From assembly GCF_006345805.1 (NCBI RefSeq), contig NC_042998.1:128712001-128776000 (forward strand): a DNA stretch of 64,000 nucleotides. Direction: 5' to 3'. The notes below the pieces were generated by a model that saw only the letters and a program-made list of their open reading frames with translations, was not told where the DNA came from and did not search any database. Shown here one piece after another: positions 1-13,290 of this stretch (positions are counted from its first letter, which is position 1; every line of letters starts with the position of its first letter). Both the position numbers and the translations under genes were made by a program. This stretch comes from Octopus sinensis (lineage: Eukaryota).

Positions 1-34
<34 letters not shown>

Positions 35-35
35 A

Positions 36-1038
36 CAGGAAGAGCAATATCAGAAGAAGGCTAACAGGGAAAATAGTTTTTGTTTGTGGAATATGCACAG
101 GTACAATAAACACCAAAAATGTACAGAAAATAAACTCCATCAACTGCAAGTGGGGTAAGCGAGAGGTAGTAGGTAGCTTTTGTTATCTGGGTGACCAAGC
201 TAGTAGTGGAGGTGAATGCTCCGAGAGTATAGCTGTGAAAATAAGAATATGCAAGGCAGAGTTCAGAGAGCTCCTACCTCTGCTGGCAACAAAGGGCCTC
301 TCCTTCAGAAAGAAAGCACATTGTATGATGCTTGTGTGTGAACAGCTATGCTACATGGCAGTGAAACAGGTTGTGACAGCTGAGGATATGTGTAGGCTTG
401 AAAGAAATGAAGGCAGTATATTTCATTGGATGTGCAATGTCAGTGTACATGTATGACAGAGTGTAAGAACCTTGAGAGAAAAGTTAGGCATAAGAGGCAT
501 CAGATGTGGTGTACAAGAGAAACAACTGTGTTGGTATAGTCATGTAATGCATATGTACAAGTACACCTGTGTAAAGAAGTGCCAATCTCCAGCTGTGGAG
601 GTAACCTATGGTAGAGGTGGATCCAGGAAGACATGGGACGAGGTGGTGAAGCACGATCTTCAAACATTGAGCTTCACAGAGGCAATGACTAGTGACCAAA
701 ACCTTTGGCGATATGCTGTGCTTGAGAAGACCTGTCAAGCCAAGTAAAATCATGGTCATGGCCGATGCTGGTGTCATGTAACTGGCACCTGTGCTGGAGG
801 CACGTAAAAAACACCTTTTGAGTGTTTTCAGCCCTACAGAGGCAATGATGAATGATCAAGACCTTTGGCATTATGCCATGCTTGAGAAGAAGACTCATCA
901 AGCCAAGTAAAATCATAGTCGTGATAGATACTGGTGTCAAGCAAATGGCACCCATGCTGGTGGAATGTAAAAGCACCCATTACACTTTTGGAGTGGTTGG
1001 CATTATGAGAGGTATCAAGCCATAGAAACCATGCCAAA
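36..1038 (+). mobile_element. RTE-clade LINE, 5'-truncated 3' fragment (RT C-terminus plus 3' UTR)
   Basis: Broken frames give FCYLGDQ, FRELLPLL, WYSHV and GRGGSRKTWDEVVKHDL. These are followed by the gagtggttggc...agccatagaaacc tail shared with many other copies in the window. Confidence 0.85.
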
Positions 1039-1062
1039 TGAATCAAGTACTACACCCAATCA

Positions 1063-1081
1063 TCTATATATATATAACTCA

Positions 1082-1114
<33 letters not shown>

Positions 1115-2286
1115 TAAACCTGAATAACTTCTGAAGTTCACAACTGATTTTCTTCAAATTGGGAATATACATTACTTATGTTCCAGAGATGGTATTCTGA
1201 GCTGTCTGTGATGCTGTATTTTCAAGAAAGAATTCATATTTCAAAACTGTTCAAATTTTCGACTTATCTATCTCTAAACAAAAATAGCAAAAAAGGATTT
1301 ATAAATACTTTATAAAGCACAAAATGAGTTACAATAAAGAAATAGATGTGTCAGCTTTCTAACAAAAAATAAAATTTGCCAAAATATAATAATGGCGCAA
1401 AATGAGCAGCTGTCAAAATGTACCATATATCTCACTACAAATTTCATACCTGACGACCTTATACATCATATTTCTCGACGTAATGACTCCAAAGAAGAAA
1501 TCCTCCATTGGCTGAAAAACAGCTGTAGCAGAAAAATTAAAAAGAAGAAGAGCAAATGAATCATCAAATAAGACTTCAATTAGACAATCACAAAATACTG
1601 CATGCACAGCTACTGCAAGAGCAACTAAAAGCAATGAGCAGTGTAGTATTTGCCTGGCCAGGAATGCTGCATTAACAGCTTCAACCAATCCCACCCCCAC
1701 TTACCATGTTGTTTCTTTCATGTAGATTTCTCTCATGTGGTACTTTTGAGTGTGCCCACAGGCTTAATTTATCACATAGATGTAGTTCCCTTGTTGATTG
1801 TTCAGTATGGTAGTGGTAGCACTGACAGCTGCAAAGGAGAGTATATCCACTGAGAGCTTTTTGGTGCATTCGAAAATCACATATCCTGCCTCCCACATCA
1901 CCATGACAAGGTTAGGGTCTGGAATCTTCCAAACAGAAGCATGACATGTTGCTTAGTTGAATTACCCCTTCATATACTCCGCAAATGTTTTGTCATCGAT
2001 GCTGCACTTCTCTGTATCCGATGTTTCAACTTAACTTTACCACATATAGAAGCTAAGCCATTTAACCGTTTTGTTACCAACCCAACTGAAACTGGCTCTG
2101 GCTCTGAGCACAAATGTCTTATTTTCATGCATGCAAGGGAACGGTGCCTTGAATGCCTTAATGCCTTTTAGGCTTCATTTTACAAAATAACGGTTCAATG
2201 AGTACAAAAAAGGGTAAAAAGGTAAAGGGCATTGCTTATCGACAAAGTTTCTTACACACCCGGGCAACACCGGGCTATGCTGCTAG
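1063..2286 (+). mobile_element. Non-autonomous Helitron-like element with a relic of the RepHel N-terminus
   Basis: Starts A|TCtatatatat followed by (GT)n. Ends with hairpin cccgggcaacaccggg (2259-2274) and CTAG|T. Internal broken frame from 1483 reads MTPKKKSSIG*KTAVAEKLKRRRANESS, resembling Helitron ORF N-termini. Confidence 0.7.
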
Positions 2287-2450
2287 TATTTTATATATAT
2301 ATAAATCTTCCACCGAACCTTAGTCACAATTTATGTTCCTAATACTAACTGAATGATAACTAAGTTATTTTACAAAATTTTTTGTTATATTTAAAGTAAT
2401 TGTAAGAAACACAGAGTATCTCAAAACAAATACAGTAACGAAAGGGTTAA
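2062..2450. mobile_element. TTAA-flanked MITE (piggyBac-type ends), interrupted by a Helitron 3' end
   Basis: TTAA-ccgttttgttac at 2062 and gtaacgaaaggg-TTAA at 2435-2450 form imperfect terminal inverted repeats with TTAA on both sides. Confidence 0.65.
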
Positions 2451-2883
2451 ATCCTGAGCAACGCCGGGTGTATCTGCTAATAACTCATAATTATGTCTTT
2501 AACTCCACCTCCTACCATTGTGAACCCAGTTAGCTTGCCACCCAACCAATTAATTGTAAGCGATATTAAAGAAACAGTGATAAATTATACATAATAAAAA
2601 TAAATAACAGAAGTACAAAAAAAAAAAAAAAGAAGAACAGCAAAATATCTGGAAGTATTCTTTTGCTAACACCTTTATTTAGGACTACGTCCCACACAAG
2701 ACGCTATCTACCTTGATATATATCATGTCTTTATGGCTTCCTTATGACTGTGTTGCTGTTGCTGTTGTTTAACCTCTGGATCAGCATTCCATACATGTTC
2801 ACACATTTTTTTGTTATATATATATATATATATATGTGTGTGTCTGTGTGTGTGTGTGTGTTTATGTATATATATATATGTGT

Positions 2884-3192
2884 GTGGAGGTGCAATGGCC
2901 TAGTGGTTAGGGCAGCGGACTCGCGGTCGTAGGATCGCGGTTTCGATTCCCAGATCGGGCGTTGTGAGTGTTTATTGAGCGAAAACACCTAAAGCTCCAC
3001 GAGGCTCCGGCAGGGGGTGATGGCGACCCCTGTTGTACTCTTTCGCCACTTTCTCTCACTCTTTCTTCTGTTGGCCTGCTCGCTTAGCCAGCGGGGTGGC
3101 GTCACTTCAAGGCTAAAACAATGCGAAGCACATTGTGACCAGCGATGTGTAACAACATCTGATAGCCTGGTCGGTCACGGTGATCACGGTGA
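2884..3192 (+). mobile_element. tRNA-derived SINE, full length
   Basis: A-box tggcctagtgg and B-box gtttcgattcc. Head and core shared with the copies at 53.3-53.9 kb and 54.3-54.6 kb. Flanked by microsatellites. Confidence 0.9.
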
Positions 3193-3230
3193 TATATATA
3201 CACATACATACATACATACATACATGTATG

Positions 3231-3261
<31 letters not shown>

Positions 3262-3329
3262 TAATATAAATAATATATAAATATTTGCATATATACATAC
3301 ATATATGTACATAACTACATATATATGGG

Positions 3330-4215
3330 TACAAGACATAAAAAAAAACGTTGAATACAATGAGAAATGAAAACATAAAAACAAAAACATAGAAAACAAA
3401 CTTTTTTTCGAACAACGAATAAAACAGAGAAACGAGACATGCAACATAAAGAAGATTCCCCTTTATCAGTTGTCCCTGTTTCATTTACTCTGCGTTTCGA
3501 AGGCAAAGACAATACACGATGTCATTGAAACAGTCCTTCCTGCAAAGCAAATTAAATAAAATTTGGGATTTTTTGTGGAGAGTGAAAGTGGTAACAAGAA
3601 CAGGACAGTGAGAACAAGACAGTAAAAAAAAAAAACGGTGATGGCTGTTAAGCCAAGACGATACAAGAATTGTTATGAATGCTAGAAAGATGAGCTGATG
3701 GGAGGAGATATATATATGTGACTCTACCCTGTGCTGTTCTCTCTCCCCCCCTTTCGTTTTCTCTCTCTCCCTTTCTCTAATTCTTTTTCTCCCCTTCACC
3801 ATTTTCTATCTGTTTGTCTCCCCCTCTTTCCTTCTTCCTCCTTTTCTCTTTCTCATTGTTTACACGTGACCATCGTCCATCTTTCTTTTCCTTCAGTCTG
3901 TCACACAAACCAGATGCATTCTTATCTGTCTCCTCTCCTGTTTTTTCTCTTGTCAAAGAATATTCCTCCAGCATTCGCTACCTTACCTCATCTGGCCAAA
4001 CGGCCCTCCATGTTTGTTTTCATTTGGTTTGTTGTATGTCTCCACTATCCTGTTTTTGTTACCAACTTTGACCCTCCGCAAATCCCAAATTTTATTTTGG
4101 TTTGCAGGAGCAGCTGTTTTCGAAGCCTCATATTGTTGTTAATTGCTCGAAATGTGGAGTAGATGAACAGCTGAAAACTGATGAAGAGTCGTTCTATATG
4201 TTACTTGTTTCTCTT
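3330..4215. mobile_element. Inverted pair of PLE-type terminal-repeat fragments around a CT-rich spacer
   Basis: About 3440-3610 is a diverged reverse complement of about 4045-4210. Both carry gaaa...ctgat(g/a)aag words. Confidence 0.5.
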
Positions 4216-4369
4216 GTTATTCACATACCCAAGTTTACCTTCGTGAGGGCCCAAGATAGTACAAATGAATGAGTCTGTGGTCAAGCATGAAAAGGATGGG
4301 TGAAAGGAGAAATGAGCTGGTTATGTGGTACTAAAAAGGGACGGCAGAGAGATATAAGATGGGTAGATT

Positions 4370-4560
4370 ATTGAAATATATTTTGTTATATCTTAGGAGA
4401 GTCATTATGCCATTTACATTTCAGTGTTAACTTTACTTCCCAAAATATTTTTCAAAAATTGTTCTCTCTTCCCTTCAAAGTTAGCATATGAAGATTTATC
4501 AGTTTTATAAATTTGAAATTTTGAATCAGAAAATGGATGGGAGGGAGAAACAAAAAAGTC
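4370..4560 (+). repeat. ~190-bp repeat, inverted partner of 9085-9273
   Basis: tatcttaggagag...cttcccttcaaagttag...gaatcagaaaa aligns with the reverse complement of 9085-9273. Confidence 0.8.
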
Positions 4561-6626
4561 AACTCTTCACTTCTTATCCACAAAAAAAAAAAAAAAAAGA
4601 CAAAAACATCCTACTACAGACTTCCATTCTTGAAAGATTATGTAGGTTGACCTGTTTGATAGGATCCAATGTACCCAAGAACACCATCATGTGCCACTGT
4701 CTACTTTGGCATGATTTCTATGACTGGATGCTCTTCCTAATACCAACCACTTTACAGAAAGCACTGGGTGCTTTTTTTTATGGCACCAGCAATAGTCAGG
4801 TCATATTTCGAAGTCTTGGATCAAGTCTATAAGTTCTCAGTATATATATGACTACATTGTCATATGCATCCTTCCTCTACTTTAAGACAGCAGGGTATCA
4901 TTTGAAAGAGACTTGGTTGTGGTTTCTAGCTAATCGAGCAAATACATTGAGGCTTCTTTGTTGTCTCACTATAAAGCATGTAGTGTTAGAAAGGAAGTAC
5001 ATTTGGTTAGTTGGTGCAATTGATAGAATACTGACAAGATACTGACACCAGCTGACCTGAAAGTGACTTGTATCCTGTTGTTGCCTCTCCTTAATGTTAG
5101 TAAATGACTCAGAAATAATTCCCACTTGATAAACAATGGTTCAGTTTCATCTAGAATATTTAATGGAGATAATAAAAATCCAACAGGAAATATGTAGTGA
5201 GGGGAAAATAATACAAATCATGGATTAATGTTAGTTTTTTTAATTCTTTCAGACACTATGGGTCTTATCTGATCTCTTTAGTGAAGCATCTGATGTCTCT
5301 TTAACTTACCAATAGAATCATAACAACAATAATTGCTTCAAATATTGTCACAAAGCCAGCAAGTGTATGAAAGAGGGTGAATCAATGACATCAACCCCAG
5401 TATTTGACAGGTACTTAATTTTATTGACCCCCAAAAGAATAAAAGGTAAAGTTGACTGCACAAGGAGAGCATAAAAAAAACACAAAAAAACACACACAAC
5501 ACATGCACATGCTCATCTCTCACATTTTCATGCCAATAGCCATTAGGCTATTCATTTTGGTGATGTCAACAGCAAAATACGGCTGGAATAAGTGAGTGGA
5601 CAGTATTTGAAATCAGAACAAAAAGGACCAAAAGAAATGCAGCTAATCATTTTCTCCAACATGTTAATATCCAGCAACATGATATCCAATAACCAGGGCT
5701 GGCTGAAGATACTAGTAACTTTATAACATGAGCATGGTGCTAAAAAGTTTGTGGCAGATATAGTTCAGTAAACTGTCTCAGGTATTTTCACTAAGACAAA
5801 AGGAAAAGTCAACTTTGGCAGGATTTGAACTCCTAAGTCAATATCTATTTGAGTTATTTTTTTTATACATTACTACAAAATTATTTTCAGTTAGTCTTAC
5901 ATGCGCACTACATTAAATATGTTAATACTAACTTAACAAAACTTTATGCAAATAAAAACAAATATTTAATTTTGAATGGTCAGATTTCACTATTTGTAGC
6001 CCTTCAAGTTGCTCGTGTTTGAGTATGATTTCTAATAGAGTTACAATGAACTAGCATGAGAACCTCAGCTAGAAATAGCTGCCAAATTCTTTTCAAACTA
6101 TACCTTCTTGTCTTAAAAATAAATACTCATTGTACAATATAGTAACTGGTATATGAAACATGGAATAGTCACTTTTGATCATAAGTCTGGTCAATCAATG
6201 GGGCTAAACAGTAACAAGATTGGCACAAGATCATCAATTGGAAGGCAATGATTTAGCCAATTAGCCAATTAAATGAAATCCAGTACTTCATGGGTACATT
6301 TTCAGTTCCCTCTGAAGACTGAAAGGTAACTCTAACCCAACAGGATTTGAACTTAGACAATAAAGGGTCATGGATCAAGTCTTTTGTTCAAATGCAATCA
6401 GACAGGCAAGGCTATGTGGTTAAGAAGTTTGCTTTGTGAGTTTTTGAGTTCAGTTATTCTGGATGGCACCTTGAGCAAGTGTCTCCTACTATAGTACTGG
6501 ATTGACCAACGTATTATGAGTGAAATTGATAGACAGAAACTGAAGGAAGCCTGTCATATGTGTGCATATATATATATGTGTGTATGTGTGTGTGTGCATG
6601 TGTGTGTGTGTGTATGTGTGTGTATA

Positions 6627-7497
6627 CAAGGGGGTACCCAAAAGAAACCTGAATTTTGCAATACTATTTCATTCACTTAGTTTTACATGTTTACACTTTT
6701 TATGACCTTTAAAGTATTCTCAATTTGAAGCAATACATTGGTCCAGACATTTCCACTATTCGAAGCAGTGCTGGAACTCTTGCAAAGTGATGCCTTTTAA
6801 TGCCTCCATCGTCTTTTTCTTCACCTCTTCCACATCTGCAAATTCCATAGCACCAATCTTTCAGCACCAGTGATGACCTTCGAAAAAAGGTCCGGATCAA
6901 CTTCCAGCTGACTTCCAGTTCACGACACACATTCAGTCATGACTGCTTTTGATCTTCCATGAGCAAGCAAGACAAATTTTGCTGCAACTCTTTTCATTCG
7001 CAATTCCTCACTCAAAATTTGTTAGCAGGAGCTCCAGGACATACCAGTCATATGAAAAAGTTTCTTAATTGTTCAGTGATGGTCCTCCAAAACTTTTCTT
7101 GATGTTTTCATTTGTTTGGGAGGTCAACAGCCATCCTGAATGAGGTTGGTCCACAAGCAAGAAGTAACCATTCATAAACTTGTGTTTTGCTTATGGCAGC
7201 AACCTTGTAAGCTGCTTAAAGCATGAGAACTGTTTTGGCTGCTGTTTTCCCTACCAGAAAACAGAATTTCATGGAAGCACGCTCTTTCTTCAGTTCAACC
7301 ACCACAAAAATTGATGAACAGGGGAGAAGCACTGCAAAACAAAGATGCATCACACGGCAGTATGACCTCACTTGGCAATGCCAGTCAGCAGACTGATGCC
7401 TGAGGATTGGGTCAAGTGCCTTCTAATAGTGGAAGCCTGAACTACAACAGTTTTGTCCTACAGAGAATGTTTCTGGTTACTTTTGGGTACCCCCTCG
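6627..7497 (-). mobile_element. Internally deleted mariner element
   Basis: TA-flanked terminal inverted repeats caagggggtacccaaaag / cttttgggtaccccctcg. Minus-strand relics MKFCF..GKTAAKTV..AISKTQVYEW, RMKRVAAKF and C-terminal DVEEVKKKTMEALKGI. The catalytic core is missing. Confidence 0.88.
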
Positions 7498-9084
7498 TAT
7501 ATATATGATTTGTTAAATTTTATTAAAATTATCTCTGCCTCCAGAAACGTGTTATAATTACCAAATGGCAATTAAGAACAGCTCCATATGAGAAAGGGAA
7601 ATAATCCCAAGAATCAAGAATTCTTCAAATATAACATGCCCTTTAAGGAAAAGGACAGGCTTATTGCTTGGCAGGTGTGCTTATGTGTTTCTGCTCCAAT
7701 AGACATCATCACCATGACAATTGTCCTATCCTATCTTCAATAGCCAAGGAACTTAATCATATAACAAAAGAGTAGAATACATTTATGACCTAGGTAATCA
7801 CGAAAATATGTTGTATGGTATTTGATACATTGTATGGTATTTGTCTATGTTATTCATATACATGCCACCAGCCACTCTATTTATTGTCTCTATGGCTTTC
7901 TTATGGTTTTGTTGCTGTTGCTGTTATTTCTCTTGGCTCATTTTTAAATTATGCAAATTACCTAGGCCATAAATATGTGTGAGTTTACATATACATAAAT
8001 ATACATACATCATGAGGCCTTTTTTCCTGTTCTTTTTTTTTTCTGCTTTACAAGTTACTTGGTGACATCCCTAGTACCAGTGGCACAAAAACAGCTCCCA
8101 GTACACACTTACTCATTCTAAAACAGTTGGTGTTAGGAAAGACAGCTAGCAGCAAAAACCATGCTAAAGGTAACGTTGGAGCTCAACACAGCCCTGCAGC
8201 TTGCTGGATCCTGTCAAACCAGCTAACCCATGTCAGCATGGAAAACAAATGTTAGACGATGACAACGACAATGATGACAATGATGATGATGACCATGACG
8301 ATGATGATGATGACGACGATGATGATGATGATGATGACAACACTGATATTCTACTGAGAACTCTACAGTAAATTCTTAACTATCATAATTGCATGTGGAA
8401 AGCTCTTAACATTTTGTGTTAATTTACTAGGAATTTAGGAAACTGTCATACTTATGTTGCACATATTTGAAGTGTCTGCTAACAATCCTACTGTTCTCGT
8501 GATGGTCATCCACCTATTTATTGCTGTTACTATCGATGACCTCAGTGTATCACATATGCGAATATATAACCGAAATTGTGCAAGTCATGATCAATCTTTG
8601 TTCAAAACATAGTAAATTCTGAATTTCTTTTATCTTAGCTTTACATATCTCATTTCTTTTTAAAGATGGTACGAGTATAGTATAATGAAAGAGATTTTAC
8701 TATTATTTCTAGCTGACCAAATGACCATATAGTGACAACCTTTTTGACAAGTCACCTACTGTCTGTGGTAGTTGTAGAGAGGAGGTAAAAGGAGTGACTT
8801 ATTGAAAAGAAGTGAAAAAGTGTGGGTGGTTTTATTTATAAAAGGAGATTTCTATGAGTCATGTACTTGTTTAAAAGATGTGTGAATAGTATAAAGAAGT
8901 TCTTAAGATATTAATGTTTACATGGTTTAGAAAGAAAATTTAGCATAAATGGAAGAGATAAGAAAAGGAAGATGTAAAACAATGCATAATCTTTCAAGAA
9001 TGGAAGTCTGCAGTAGGGTGTTTATGGTTCTTTTTTTTCTTTTTTTTTTCTTTTGATGGATGAGGAATAAAGAGTTGGGTTTTT

Positions 9085-9273
9085 TTTTTCTGTTCCTCCT
9101 TCCCACTCGTTTTCTGATTCAAAATTTCAGATTTATGAAACTGATAAATCTTCATATACTAACTTTGAAGGGAAGATAGAACAATTTTTTAAAAATATTT
9201 TGCAAAGTAAGATTAACATGGAATGTAGATGGCATAATAATCCTCCTAAGATACGACAAAACATGTTTCAGTA
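9085..9273 (-). repeat. ~190-bp repeat, inverted partner of 4370-4560
   Basis: Reverse-complement match to 4370-4560 read directly from the sequence. Confidence 0.8.
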
Positions 9274-9394
9274 CATGAGTTCACATCAGGAATCTTGCTA
9301 ATCAAATAAAAAAATGAAATATAAATCAAAAGTTAATTAGAAACGTAAACCAAAATTCAAATTTAAACTAATAAAAAGAAGTGCTGATCTCTGA

Positions 9395-9825
9395 GACCCA
9401 AGAAGATATGGGATAAGGTGGTGAAGTATGATCTTTGAACATTGGGCCTCATGGAGGCAATGATGAGTGACTGAGACCTTTGGCAATATGCTGTGCTTGA
9501 GGGGACCCATCAAGCCAAGAGAAATTGTAGTTGTGGCTGATGCTGGTGTCATGTAACTGGTATCCATACCAGTAGGCATGCAAAAAAGCACCTTTTGTAT
9601 GTTGAGCCTCACGGAGTCAAGGTAGCTAATGCTGGTGGCACATGAAAAGCAACTTTTGAGTGTTGGGCCTCAAAGAGGCAATGACAAATGACTGAGACCT
9701 TTGGCATTATGCCATCCAAGAGAAGAAGGCTCCTCAAGCCAAGTGAAATTGTAGTCATGGTAGATTCTGGTGTCATGCAAACGGCACGTAAAAACACCCA
9801 TTACACTCTCAGAGTGGTTGGCGTT
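9395..9825 (+). mobile_element. RTE LINE 3' end with internally duplicated tail
   Basis: Relic WDKVVKYDL. The gaggcaatga...gagacctttggca block occurs twice, followed by the gagtggttggcgtt tail. Confidence 0.8.
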
Positions 9826-10487
9826 TACATCCCTGTAACTTAGCAGTTCGGCAAAAGAGACCAACAGGATAAGTACTAGGCTTACAAAGAATAAGTCCTG
9901 GGGTCGATTTGTTTGACTAAAGGTGGTGCTCCAGCATGGCCTCAGTCAAATGACTGAAACAGGTAAAAAAATGTTTTTTAAATGTTTCTTGCTAGATTTT
10001 CATGTGAAAAAACACCTCACTTTCATCATCATCATCATCATCATCACTTAAATTCCATTTCCATGGTGGCATACGTTGGACAGTTTGATAGGAATTGGCA
10101 AGCCAGAGAGCTGCACCAGGCTCCAATTGTTAGTCTTGGCACGGTTTCTATGGTTGATGTACTTCCTAATGCCAACCTCTATACAGAGTACACCGGGTGC
10201 TTTTTACATGGCACCAGCACCAACGTTTTATATATTGCACCAGCATGGATGCTTCATATGTGGCACCAGCAAAGGAGCTTTAAACATGGCACCAGCATGG
10301 ATGCTCTTTAATGTGACACCAGCAATTCACATAACACCATCAATATTAAATCATGAAATTTTAACATTACTGAAGATGATGTGATTGGTGTTTAGATCAA
10401 ACTTAAAAATAAAATAAGCCTGCAAACTTGCATAAAATATGAACTTATCTAAATTTATCAATTTTATTGAATGATTTTTGCCAACAC

Positions 10488-10872
10488 AGGTGCAGGTATG
10501 GCTGTGTGGTAAGAAGCTTGCTTCCCAACCACATAGTTTTTGGTTCAGTCCCACTGCATGGCACCTTGAGCAAGTTTCTTCTACTATAGCCTTGGGCTAA
10601 CCAAAGCCTTGTGAGTGGATTTGGTAGACGGAAACTGAAAGAAGCCTGTCGTATATATATTTATATATATGTATATATTTGTGTGTTTGTGTCTGTGTTT
10701 TTTCCCCCCAACATCGCTTGACAATCGATCTTGATGTGTTTATGTCCCCATAACTTAGTAGTATGGCAAAAGAGACCGATAGAATAAGTACCAGGCTTAC
10801 AAAAAATAAGTCCAGAGGTTGATCCCTTCATGGCCACAGTCAAATGACTGAAACATGAAAAAGAATAAAAGA
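10488..10872 (+). mobile_element. Abundant bipartite SINE with internal (TA)n/(TG)n, representative full copy
   Basis: ggtgcagg..tggctgtgtggtaag...ggttcagtcccactg...ggaaactgaaagaagcc, then a microsatellite, then cttgacaa...gaataagtac...aaatgactgaaac. Further full or partial copies at about 6405, 9830, 12103, 15015(-), 20695, 22625, 31260(-), 32634, 34700(-), 36180(-), 39838(-), 45765, 47296, 47905, 51045(-), 57585(-). Confidence 0.9.
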
Positions 10873-11276
10873 AAAGACAGACCACCACCAGTTTCTTCAA
10901 ACACTGGGTTTTATATACTCCAAACTAGTAATTGTTTGTCAATCTTTTCAGTGCAGCCAGTATAAAAGTGATTCTGCCATACAGTGGATCATTCAACTAA
11001 TTGGTACAAAATCACTCACAAGCATTATTTCAGTCTTTGGCTCATAGATATGCTATCTCTTCTATTTGCCTATTCTGCATCTACTACAATGGAGCTGGTA
11101 GTCTTGCACCACCTCAAGTCAAGGTGCTTTCATCTCCCACTTCTTATCATCTTTGTTATGTCTGATGGCTTCCCGGCCCCATCTTAACCACTAGGTTCAT
11201 TCCTTTCTTCATAGGACATCTGCCCTCTAGAAGTATTTCCCTGTGCATATCTTACCAGCTGCTATTGATTTAAATT

Positions 11277-11728
11277 CATTTCTTTATTGCCCACAGGTGG
11301 GGCTAAACACAAAGGGGACAAATAAGGACAGACAAAGGGATTAAGTCGATTACATTGACTCCAGTGTGTAACTAGTACTTATTTAATCGATCCCAAAGGG
11401 ATGAAGAGCAAAGTCGACCTCAGCAGAATTTGAACTCAGAACATTATGGTAGACAAAATACCCCTAAGCATTTTGCCCGGCATGCTAACAATTTTTATTT
11501 CTTTATTGCCCACAGGTGGGGCTAAACATAGAGGGGACAAACAAGGACAGACAAAGGGATTAAGTCGATTACATTGACTCCAATGCATAACTGGTACTTA
11601 ATTTATTAACCCCGAAAGGATAAAAGGCAAAGTTGACTTCGGTGGAATTTGAACTCAGAGCATAATGGCAGACAAAATACTGCTAAGCATTTCACCTGGC
11701 ATGCTAAAGATTCTGCCTGCTCGCTTCC
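11277..11728 (-). mobile_element. Head-to-tail pair of SINE copies (same family as 60018-60250)
   Basis: atttctttattgcccacaggtggggctaaac...gaatttgaactcag...gcatgctaa occurs twice with a period of about 220 bp. Confidence 0.88.
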
Positions 11729-13290
11729 CTTGCGACTATTGATTTATAACAACAGCTTAAGCAGAACATTAATAATCCTTTTTTACTATAGGCACAAGGC
11801 CTGAAATTTTGTTGGATGGGGCTAGTTGATTATATCAACTTCAGTATTTGACTGGTTAATTATTTCATCAATCCTGAAAGAATGAAATGCAAAGTCAACC
11901 TCAGTGGAATTTGATCTCAGAATGTAAAGACGGAATAAATATTGTCAAGCATTTTGTCTGACATGCTAATGATTCTGCCAAAACATTAATGATATTATTA
12001 ATCTCACTATTGCCAAAGACCCTGCAAAGGCCACAATAGTAAGAATATGTTGATGATGTATGTGTTAAGGTTAAGCAGATGTATACAAATCTGCTGTATT
12101 GTGCAGGCATGACTGTGTGGTTAGAAACTTGCTTCTCAATGACATGATTCCAGGTTTAGTCCCACTGTATAGCACCTTGGGCAAGTGTCTTTTACTATAG
12201 CCTTGGACTGTGGGTGAATTTGGCCGATGGAAACTGAAAGAAGCCTGTTGTGTGTGTGTGTGTGTGTGTGTGCTTGTGTCTATGTTTGTCCCCCCACCCA
12301 TCCACTCACTACTTGACAACTGGTGTTGGTGTATTTACACCCCCATAACTTAGCAGTTCGGCAAAAGGGACCTATGCAATAAGTACCAGGCTTAACAAAC
12401 AATAAGTACTGGGGTCAGTTCATTTGACTATAAAGTGGAATTTTTCAAAGCAGTGCCCCAACCTGGCCCCAGTCTGATGACTGAAACAAGTAAAAGATAA
12501 ATGTAAGATTACTCTGTTACAAATCTAAGGAATGAATGTGCTAGAATGGTTGCCTATTCTTTCTCAGGAAGGCACTCAGAAAAGCTTGAATTTAGCACTG
12601 CTGGCTCCTACTGCTTACAATACCACATCACTGGTTATAGCAATGATATATGCACACCTGCAGTATCTACTAAGTAGGTAAGTATCAAGAACTAAGTGTC
12701 TTAGCCATAGACATAATATAGCACCATTAGTAATATACAGACCGCCAACCTCCTAGCTCATTATTAAGTGGTCTACTGACATAATTCAGCCTTTTGTACT
12801 ATCACTGACTAAACTCACAAACAAAGAAAATGTAAAGATCTTACATTGAAACGTTCCTGCCCAGTAGACAGTATTATTGCACCTGTTGAAAAGATTTTAT
12901 TTTTAGATTATGTATTTAAGCAATGATTTGAAGAAATTAGAACATTTAATTGTCAAGCGAGTAGTTGAAGCGAGAAATTTTTTTCTGCATGCAAACTTGC
13001 TATTACGATAACTGCCATGAAACAATTATCACTCAAATTATATTATCATATACTATACATACATATGTATATATATATATATCATATCAAAGGGAAATGG
13101 AAATTAATTAAAATTTTCATTTCCAGTGGCCTAACATGTAAAAGTTTAGTCCAAAGACTATGTATTAGTCATAAAATACAGTGTACATTTAAACACATAA
13201 GGAATCCACTTGTGGGATTCAACACGCTAGAAAGAACAGCTAGGTTCTATAACCACAAAATTAGGGATAAAATTCGATGAACGAAATGTA

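Noticed and set aside
1700-2210. piggyBac transposase-like words on the minus strand (WVGNKTV, MGGRICD)
   Set aside because: WVGNKTV is just the MITE terminal repeat translated, and the remaining similarity is too weak and fragmented.
3455-3510. Permuted GAAAC...CTGATAA motif as a type II hammerhead (also 4145-4190)
   Set aside because: Stem I cannot be formed between the cleavage site and the CTGA box. Kept only as part of the inverted terminal-repeat feature.
5245-5315. Isolated acceptor-like sites (ttctttcag at 5252, ttttcag at 59328) as host exons
   Set aside because: Only short frames with no recognisable protein or partner exons; such sites are common in AT-rich DNA.
8425-8590. Cys-rich frame resembling a small disulfide peptide
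   Set aside because: Four in-frame stops, no signal peptide or convincing splice sites, and no recognisable family pattern.
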